Position numbers and translations under genes: made by a program. From an uncultured delta proteobacterium (GTDB taxonomy: Bacteria > Desulfobacterota > Desulfuromonadia > Desulfuromonadales > JACZKF01): a stretch of DNA of 64,000 bases. The stretch's first letter is position 1, and every line of letters starts with the position of its first letter. The notes below the pieces were generated by a model. That model was not told where the DNA came from, ran no database searches, and saw only the letters and a list, made by a program, of their open reading frames with translations. This document shows, piece by piece, positions 53,778-64,000 of this stretch. Location of the stretch: contig CAWFKQ010000006.1 of NCBI GenBank assembly GCA_963816395.1, forward strand, positions 256,001-320,000, in the 5' to 3' direction.

Positions 53778-56049
53778 ATGTCCGTAATCCGGCTGACCTG
53801 ATCGCCTTTCTCGAAAACCACGCCCCCCGCCCTCTCTCCGCCCGGGAAATTTTTGACGGGCTCGAACTCTCCCGCAAGGAGCGCTCGAAGGCCGGCCGTC
53901 TCCTCGAGGCGCTGGCCGGCGAGGGCACCCTGGTCCGCCTCAAGGGGGACCGCTATTCCCTGCCGCAGCAGGTCAACCTGGTGGTCGGGACGGTGAGCGT
54001 CCATCGCGACGGCTACGGTTTCGTCGCCAGGCCCGGCGAGGCAGGGGGGCGACGTCTTCATCCCCGCCCGCTACCTGCGCGAGGTCATGCACGGCGACCG
54101 GCTTGTCGTCCGGGTGGAGCACGGCTGGCGCGGCGGCAGGCCCGAGGGGCGGGTCGTCCGGGTCCTCGAACGGGCGCACCGGACGCTGGTCGGGCGCTTT
54201 GAAGCGGGGCGCCGTTTCGGTTACGTGGTGCCGGCCGATCCCCGGCTCAGCCACGGACCTGTACATCGCCAGCGGGGCGGAAAACGGCGCCCGGGACGGC
54301 CAGATGGTCCTCGCCCGCATCGATGTCTACCCGGGGAGAACGCGCAACCCGGAGGGATCGATCGTCGAAATCCTCGGGCAGCCGGACGACCCGGAAGTCG
54401 AAATCCTGACCATCGCCCACAAGCATGATCTTCCGTACCGCTTCCCGGAGGAGGTCCTGGCCGCAGTCGGCGGCAGTTCCCGACCAGGTGGCAGCGGAGG
54501 ACCTGGCCGGACGCGAGGATCTGCGGCACCTGCCCCTGGTTACCATCGACGGCGAGACGGCCAGGGATTTCGACGATGCGGTCGGTGCGCCAGCCGGGAG
54601 AAGGACGGCCGCATTCGCCTGTGGGTGGCGATTGCCGATGTCGGCCATTATGTCCCCGAAGGGAGCGCCATCGACGAGGAGGCCCTGGAGCGGGGCACCA
54701 GCGTCTATTTCCCCGGCCGGGCCATCCCCATGCTGCCGGAGCGGCTGAGCAACGGCATCTGTTCCCTGAACCCGGCGGTCGACCGGCTGGCGATGACCGC
54801 CGAGATGGTTTTCGACCGGCAGGGGGAGCGGCTGGAGAGCCGTTTTTACCCGGCGGTCATCCGCAGCCAGGCGCGCCTGACCTACACGCGAGGTGCGGGA
54901 CCTGCTCGGCTGGCGATGCCGCCGGTCGGCGACATCCAGCGCCGGGACTTCTGCCGCAGCTGCAGGTGATGGCTGAGCTGGCCGAGCGCCTGACCGCCAT
55001 GCGCCGGCGGCGCGGCAGCCTCGATTTCGATCTGCCCGAGGCCGAGGTCGTTCTCGATCTGCGCGGCCGACCGGAGAACATCGTCCGCTCCGAACGCTCC
55101 CTGGCCCACCGCCTGATCGAGGAATTCATGCTGGCCGCCAATGAGGCGGTGGCGACCTTCCTCGCCGGGAAGAACGCCCCCGTCCTCTTCCGGGTGCATG
55201 AGCCGCCCGATCTGGAGAAACTGCAGGCTTTTCAGGAGTTCATCGCCCATTTCAGCCTTGGCCTGGTTCTCGACCCGGCAGCGGCGGCGACTCCCGGCGG
55301 CTGCAGGAGCTGCTGGCCGCCGTCGAAGGGAAAGCCTGAGGAGCGGGTGATCAACCAGGTGCTGCTGCGCAGCATGAAGCAGGCCCGTTATGCGCCCGAC
55401 AATGTCGGCCATTTCGGGCTGGCGGCGCCACTCTACTGCCATTTCACGTCACCCATCCGCCGCTATCCGGATCTGGTGGTGCACCGGGTGCTGCGCCAGG
55501 TCCTGCGCCGGGGCGGCCTTTCCGCCAAGCGCCGCGGCGCACCTGCAGGAGGTCTCTGCCCGGCCTGGGCGAGCATACCTCGCAGCGGGAGCGGCGGGCC
55601 ATGGAGGCGGAACGGGAGGTCATCGCCCTGAAGAAGTGCCAGTTCATGGCCGATAAGGTCGGCGAGGAGTTCGCGCGGCCTGATCTCCGGCGTCCAGCCC
55701 TTCGGTTTTTTCGTCGAACTGGAGGATTTCTTCGTCGAGGGGCTGGTGCATGTCTCCAGCCTGACGCGACGATTTCTACCATTATCGAGGAGGACCTGCA
55801 CCGGCTGATCGGTGCAGAATCGCCGGCGGGAATTCCAGGTGGGAGCGGAGGTTCCGGGTCACCGTGGCCAAGGTCGATCTCGAGCGGCGGGAAATCGATT
55901 TCGCCTTGGCGGACATGGAGCCGCGGCGCGAGGCAGAGGCAAGCCGCGAGGGAAAGGCAAGAGGCAAAGGCAAAAGACAAGCGGCAAGGGGACAGGACAA
56001 CAAGGGCAAGGGGCGAGGAGCAAGAGGGGAAGGCAAGAGGCAAAGGTGA
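53778..56049 (+). CDS. rnr: Ribonuclease R (many frameshifts)
   Basis: [63 protein letters not shown]1 domain, basic tail. Confidence 0.93.
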
Positions 56050-56098
56050 AGGGCAAGAGCCGAAAGCCGTTAGCCGTTAGCCGCTCGCCGAAAAATCC

Positions 56099-57093
56099 AT
56101 GAAAATAATCAGAAACCTGCAAGAACTTGAGCCCCCCTGCCGGGGCCGTGGTCACCATCGGCAACTTCGACGGCGTCCATCTCGGCCATCGCGAAATTTT
56201 CCGCCGGGTGGTGGCCGCGGGCGCGGGAGATGGATGGCACCGCCGTGGTCTTTACCTTTGTTCCGCATCCGCGCAAGGTGCTGGCCCCTGAGCAGGCGCC
56301 CCGGCAGATCAATACCGAGGCGGAAAAGGAGCGACTGATTGAGGCTTCCTGCATCGATGTGCTGATCTGCGCTCCGTTCACCCGCGAAATGGCGGCCTTC
56401 CGGCCGAAAAATTCGTCCGGGAGATGCTGGTCGAGCGGATCGGTGTCCGCCACTGGTGATCGGTTACGACTATGCCTTCGGTCGCAACCGGGAAGGGGAC
56501 AGCGATTTTCTTCTCCGCCAGGGGGAGGCATTCGGTTTTGCCGTGGAAATCGTCGGCCCGATCGTCCGGGACGGGGAAGTCTACAGCTCCACCCGCATCC
56601 GGGAGATGATTCGGAACGGCCAGGTGGCGGAGGCGGCGAAGCTGCTGGGGCGCCATTTCACCCTGGAGGGGGGGGTGGTCCACGGAGCCAAGCGCGGCAA
56701 AGGGCTCGGCTTTCCCACCGCCAACCTGGAGACGGACAAGGAACTTCTGCCGCGCCCCGGGGTTTATGCGGTCAAGGTTCGCTATGGCGAGGAGATCCTG
56801 GACGGGGTGGTGAACATCGGCTGCAATCCGACTTTCTGTTGCGAAGGGATCTCGGTGGAAGTGCATCTGCTCGATTTCGACCGGGAGATCTACGGGGAAA
56901 TGCTGCGGCTCTATTTCGTCGCCCGGCTGCGCGACGAGATGCTGTTTCCCGCTCCCGCGGAGCTGGTGCAGGCGATCGGCAGGGATGTGGCGCGGGCGCG
57001 GGAACTGCTGGCCGGAGCCCGGCTCATCGAATACCGCGAGTATCTCGACTGCGGCCAACTGGTCGGTCCGCGACCGACAAGGAAGGCCCTTAA
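56099..57093 (+). CDS. ribF: Bifunctional riboflavin kinase/FAD synthetase (frameshifted; end approximate)
   Basis: TIGNFDGVHLGH, TFVPHP, GYDYAFG, SSTRIR, GFPTAN, GVYAV, NIGCNPT, EVHLLDF. Confidence 0.93.
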
Positions 57094-57106
57094 GCGAGCT
57101 GAATGC

Positions 57107-57258
57107 GTCCAACATGTGCCTGTGGCACACCCGAAGCAAGGAAATCGTTCTGACGCAAGGCGCAACGGGAAATGCAAGCGAAGGCTGTCAAGCAGCAGGC
57201 TTACGGATCTTCTCTGCGCCTTGATTCTCGCTTTCGTCTATGCAAATCGTTTTTGGGC
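57107..57258 (+). repeat. Dispersed ~155-bp intergenic element, copy 2
   Basis: Colinear with 25388-25557. Confidence 0.85.
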
Positions 57259-57452
57259 ATTGGCAGAAAGTGCCGGGTGTTCCGGAGAGGCCGCGGCGAA
57301 TCCGGTCTGAAACCGGCGGGCACGCGCCTTGCAAAATTCCATTTCTCTGGGCGACGACTAATCAATGCCGTTTGACAGGTGAACCGCCGTGCAATATGAT
57401 CCGGATAATATGTGCCGCATACATTGATTGCATTGGGGAGACGATCCTTTCT

Positions 57453-59158
<1,706 letters not shown>

Positions 59159-59236
59159 GTTCAGTTTAATTAGGCCCGCTCCTTGCTCAACCGATTAATC
59201 TGCCGCTATTCGTCCCGCGAGGTTCCCGTTGTCCAG

Positions 59237-60349
59237 CATCGAGCATCCATCAACTGCTCAAGACCATGGTCGAACAGGGGTCGTCCGACCTGCATCTCAC
59301 CACCGGCTCTCCGCCGCAGGTGCGGATCGACGGGCATATGAAGCCGCTCAAGCTGCCGCCTCTGCAGCCGGTCGAAACCAAGCAGCTCTGCTACTAGCAT
59401 TCTTACCGATGCCCAGAAGCGCAAGTTCGAGGAGGAGAACGAGCTCGACCTCTCCTTCGGCGTCAAGGGGCTGGCCCGCTTCCGCGGCAACATCTTCCTC
59501 CAGCGCGGCGCCCTGGCCGGGGTTTTCCGGCTGATCCCTTCAAGATCCTCACCTTCGAGGAGCTCGGCCTGCCGCCGGTGGTCAAGCGAGATCGCCCGCA
59601 AGCCGCGCGGCCTGGTCCTGGTGACCGGTCCCGACCGGCAGCGGCAAGTCGACCACCCTGGCCTCGATCATCGACACGATCAACACCGAGCGCCACGAGC
59701 ACATCATCACCATCGAGGATCCGATCGAGTTCTCCATCCGCACAAGAACTGCCTGGTCAACCAGCGGGAAGTCGGCGCCGACACCCAGTCCTTCAAGAAG
59801 GCCCTCAAGTACGATCCTGCGCCAGGATCCGGACGTGGTCCTGATCGGCGAGCTGCGCGACCTGGAGACGATCGAGGCGGCCCTGACCATCGCCGAGACC
59901 GGCCACCTCTGCTTCGCCACCCTGCATACCAACGGCTGCGTGCAGACCATCAACCGCATCGTCGACGTCTTTCCCACCCATCAGCAGCAGCAGGTGCGCA
60001 CCCAGCTCTCCTTCGTCCTGGAGGGGGTTCTTTCCCAGACCCTGCTCCCGCAGGTCGCAGGGGCAAGGGGCGCGCCCTGGCCCTGGAGGTCATGGTGCCC
60101 AACATGGCCATCCGCGCCCTGATCCGCGACGACAAGGTGCACCAGATCTATTCGCAGATGCAGATGGGGCAGGACAAATTCGGCATGCAGACCATGAACC
60201 AGGCCTTGTTCATGCTCTATCACACCAAGAAAGATCTCGCATGGAAATGGCCCTGTCCCGCTCCTCGGATCCCGAAGAGCTGAAGCAGATGATCGCCAAC
60301 CCTGCCGCCGTGCTGCGACGCCAGCGTGTCGAGCGCCGGCAGGGGCTGA
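59237..60349 (+). CDS. pilT: Type IV pilus retraction ATPase PilT (multiple frameshifts; start approximate)
   Basis: SDLHLTTGSPP, GSGKSTTLA, TIEDPIE, QREVG, GELRDLETI, AETGHL, AIRALIRDDK (AIRNLIRE-like). Confidence 0.9.
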
Positions 60350-60406
60350 GCCGGCCGAATGTCTGGTACCACTGAACACCGCGCAATTTACTGACGAGAG
60401 GACGAT

Positions 60407-61630
60407 ATGCCCAAGTTTTCCTGGGAAGGAAAGACCCGCACCGGCCAGGAGCAGAAGGGCGAGATGGAGGCTCCCAACGAAGCCGCCGTCACCGCCAGCT
60501 GCGGCGGCAGGGGATCATGCCGTCCAAGATCAAGGAGCGCGGCAAGGGGCTGGATATCGAGCTCAAGATCCCCGGCTTCGCAGCCCAAGGTCACCACCAA
60601 GGACCTGGTCGTCTTCACCCGCCAGTTCGCCACCATGATCGATGCCGGTCTGCCCCTGGTGCAGTGCCTGGATATTCTCTCCAGCCAGCAGGAGAATAAA
60701 ACCTTCAAGAAGATCCTGATCCAGGTGAAGGAGAGCGTCGAGTCGGGCTCCACCTTCGCCGATGCCCTGAAAAAGCACCCGAAGGCCTTTGACGAACTCT
60801 ATGTCAACCTGGTGGCGGCGGGGGAGGTCGGCGGCATCCTCGATACCATCCTCAACCGCCTGGCCGCCTATATCGAAAAAGCCCTGAAGCTGAAGAAGCA
60901 GGTCAAGAGCGCCATGACCTATCCGACCACCATCGTCGGCATCGCCGCTGGTGGTCATCGCGGTCATCCTGATTTTCGTCATCCCGGCCTTCGAGAAGAT
61001 GTTCGCCGATTTCGGCGGCAGCTCTGCCGCTGCCGACCCAGATCGTCATCAACCTGAGCAACTTCATCCAGCACTATATCCTGGTGATCATCGGTGCCAT
61101 TGTCGGCCTGATAGCGCTCTTTCAAACGGATCTACAAGACGCAGAAAGGGCGGGCAAAGATCGACGATCTGGCCCTTGAAGCTGCCGATTTTCGGCATCC
61201 TGATCCGCAAAGTGGCGGTGGCCAAATTCACCCGCACCCTGGGGACGATGATCTCCAGCGGCGTGCCGATTCTCGACGGGCTGGACATCGTCGCCAAGAC
61301 CGCCGGCAACAAGACGGTGGAGAACGCCATCTACCGGGTCAAGCAGAGCATCAGCGAAGGCAAGACGATCGCCGAGCCGCTGGAAAAGTCGGGGGTTTTC
61401 CCCTCCATGGTCTGCCAGATGATCACTGTCGGCGAGCAATCCGGCTCCATCGACACCATGCTGAACAAGATCGCCGATTTCTACGATGACGAGGTCGACG
61501 ATGCGGTGGGCAATCTCACGGCGATGATGGAGCCGCTGCTCATGCTCTTTCTCGGGGCACCACCGTCGGCGGCCTGGTCATTGCCATGTACCTGCCGATC
61601 TTCAAGCTGGCCGGCACCGTCGGCGGGTGA
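60407..61630 (+). CDS. pilC: Type IV pilus platform protein PilC (frameshifted)
   Basis: FTRQFATMIDAGLPL, AGEVGGILD, SAMTYP, VGEQSGSID, MEP. Confidence 0.93.
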
Positions 61631-63312
61631 TGGTTTCTCCTCTGCCCGTACCGCCCGCGGAGCCGACCCGCCGCCAGCTGTGCTGGTATCTTCTTGCCCG
61701 GGAATCCGGTCATTACCCTGTTTCTCGGCGGGACGATCCTCTATCTGCTGCGCGGCAGCGAAGCGGGAGCATCCCTCCCTCTCCCCCCTCTATCTGCTCG
61801 TCGGCGTCTCCTATCTCCAGGCCCTGCTCTCCGCCGGGCTGCTGCCGAAGGTTCGGCGGCTGCGCCTGTTCGCCCAGGCCCAGGTCGTCTGGGACCTGCT
61901 GTTCGTGGCCATCCTCATCTATTGTACCGGCGGCATCGACAGCATCTTTTCCTTCCTGTTTCTCCTGGTCATCGTCAGCTCCAGTGTTTTTCTCCGCCGC
62001 AAGGAGGTGCTCTTCGTCGCCTCCGCGGCCGCCATTCTTTACGGCAGCCTGCTGGATCTGCAGTTCTACGGCTATCTGCCCCATCTGCGCAGCCTGATTT
62101 TCCCGGAGAGGATCGAAGGGCGGCAGGTATTCTACGCGGTCTTCGTCAATGTCCTCGCCTTTTTCCTGACCGGCTTCCTGAGCGGCACCGTCTCCGAGCG
62201 GCTGCGCCGCAGCGAACAGGCCCTGGAGAGACGGGAAACCGATTTTGAAGAACTCGAACACCTCAACCGCTCCATCCTGGCGAACATCACCAGCGGCCTG
62301 ATGATCGTCGACTCGCAGGGGCGCATCCGGTCCTTTAACAGCGCCGCCGGCAAGATCACCGGTTTTTCCCTACGAGGAAGCTTACGACTCGCGACATCCG
62401 GGAGCTCTTCCCCGATTTTCGGGTGTTCAATGAAGGGCGATTCAAGGTGGTCCGCCGCGGCGAGGCGCCGTTCGTCAATCGCGCCGGGCGGCAGCTGATC
62501 CTGGGCTATGCTTCCTCGCCGGTGGGCGACCCGCAGGGAAGAGGCGGGGGGCTGCTGGTGACCTTTCAGGATCTGACGCAGCTGAAGGGGATGGAGGAGC
62601 AGTTCAAGCGGGCCGACCGGCTGGCGGCCGTCGGCCGGCTGGCTTCCGGCATGGCGCACGAGATCCGCAACCCCCTGGCCTCGATCAGCGGCTCCATCCA
62701 GCTGCTGATGGAAAGCCGGCAGATGCGGCGAAGAGGACCGGCGGCTGATGGGGATCGTGGTGAAAGAGGCCAACCGGTTGAGCGACCTGCTGACCGATTT
62801 TCTGGTCTTCGCCCGCCCCAAGCCGCCGAAGCCGAAAGCCGTCGACCTGTCATCGCTGCTCGACGAACTGGCCGGCATGCTCGCCTCGGACCGCCGGTTC
62901 GCGGCGATCGAGATCCGCCGGGAATATCCGCCGGGAATTGTCCTGCGGCTCGATCGCGACCAGATCAGGCAGGCCCTGTGGAACCTGGCGATCAACGGCG
63001 CCGAGGCGATGCCGGACGGCGGCATCCTGTACCTGGGGATCGAGGAGCATACGACGCTCTATGTCGAGGATACCGGGACCGGCATCCCCGAGGAGATCCG
63101 CGACCGGATTTTCGATCCGTTCTTCACCACCAAGGATATGGGCACCGGCCTGGGACTGGCCACCGTCTACACCATCTTCGAAGGGCACGGCGGGCGCATC
63201 GAGGTGCGGCGGCGGCCGCCGGGGCGGTGCCCGCTTCTCCATCCGGCTGCCGGAACAGCCGCCCGGGACCGGGGGGGAAGAAAAATTGCCTTTCCGCTCA
63301 CAGGGTGGTTAT
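61630..63312 (+). CDS. pilS: Sensor histidine kinase PilS (frameshifted; end approximate)
   Basis: Multi-TM N-terminus ([12 protein letters not shown]), [30 protein letters not shown]; positioned between pilC and pilR. Confidence 0.88.
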
Positions 63313-63354
63313 AATGCAGCGCCTGACACAAGGGAGCCCCGGAAAAGCCAGATT

Positions 63355-64000
63355 ATGACCGATACTCAGAATCCATTTCGTATATTGGTCGTCGACGACG
63401 AAGAAAGCCTGCGCGAGATCCTCACCATCATGCTGCATCGGGAGGGTTACCGGGTGGACGCCGCCGGCCGACGGCGCGCAGGCCCTGACCCACCTGAAGG
63501 AACACGGCTACGACCTGGTGATCAGCGATATCAAGATGCCGCGGCTGAACGGCCTCGAGCTCCTGCGCCAGATCAAGGAGCGCACCCCCGAGACCGCCGT
63601 GATCATGATCACCGCCTTCTCCTCCACGGAAGAGGCGGTGGAGGCGATGAAGCAGGGGGCCTACGATTACATCACCAAGCCGTTCAAGAACGAGGAGATC
63701 CGGCTGATCGTCCGCAACGCCCTGGAGCGCAAGGTGCTGCGCGAGGAGAACAGCGAACTGAAGAAGGAGCTGGGCCGGCGCTACTCCTTCGGCAGCCTGG
63801 TGGGCAAGAGCAAGCCGATGCAGGAGGTCTACGACCTCATCCAGAAGGTGGCCGGCAGCCGGGCCAACGTGCTGATCACCGGCGAAAGCGGCACCGGCAA
63901 GGAACTGGTCGCCAAGGCGCATCCACTACAACAGCGAGCGGCGGGACAAGCCGTTCATCCCCATCAACTGCGGGGCGATTCCGGAGAACCTGCTGGAGAG
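63355..64000 (+). CDS. pilR: Sigma-54-dependent response regulator PilR (partial, runs off window)
   Basis: [48 protein letters not shown]; follows pilS. Confidence 0.88.
   Translation, partial: MTDTQNPFRILVVDDEESLREILTIMLHREGYRVDAAGRRRAGPDPPEGTRLRPGDQRYQDAAAERPRAPAPDQGAHPRDRRDHDHRLLLHGRGGGGDEAGGLRLHHQAVQERGDPADRPQRPGAQGAARGEQRTEEGAGPALLLRQPGGQEQADAGGLRPHPEGGRQPGQRADHRRKRHRQGTGRQGASTTTASGGTSRSSPSTAGRFRRTCWR

Noticed and set aside
57094..57310. C-terminal extension of RibF in ORF 56456..57310
   Set aside because: The extension runs through the repeated intergenic element; more likely an indel near the true stop (~57093).

Overview
High-GC bacterial DNA. Gene content and order (ribF-pilB-pilT-pilC-pilS-pilR, acnB, an MCP-cheW-cheR-cheB-kinase-cheD cluster, sigma-54 regulators) suggest a Desulfuromonadales/Geobacterales-type deltaproteobacterium; this is inference. 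Many genes are split by single-base frameshifts, including conserved ones (acnB, rnr, ribF, pilB/T/C). These look like uncorrected long-read indels, so I joined the pieces into single genes and many boundaries are approximate. In order, the window holds: chemotaxis genes, aconitase B, accessory genes (SGNH hydrolase, MscS, topoisomerase IB, cobO, a beta-barrel OMP, CBS-DUF294), an Aap/Bzt amino-acid ABC transporter, cysteine synthase, a radical SAM/SPASM locus, lutABC, cfa, aguAB, an MFS transporter, a ferredoxin, a two-component system upstream of a more AT-rich minor-pilin/PilY1 cassette, a ParM-like actin, rnr, ribF and the core type IV pilus locus. The best find is an unannotated short ORF at 27609, directly upstream of the radical SAM/SPASM gene. 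It has a strong SD and promoter, and its C-terminus reads C-H-K-TGA-K-S-TGA-K-G-G-S-TGA, followed by a SECIS-like GGUC hairpin. It is a candidate multi-selenocysteine RiPP precursor with its maturase. Also present: a two-copy ~160-bp intergenic element, a MITE-like element that supplies the cfa stop codon, several gene remnants, and a chemotaxis-cluster kinase lacking its phosphoacceptor His.
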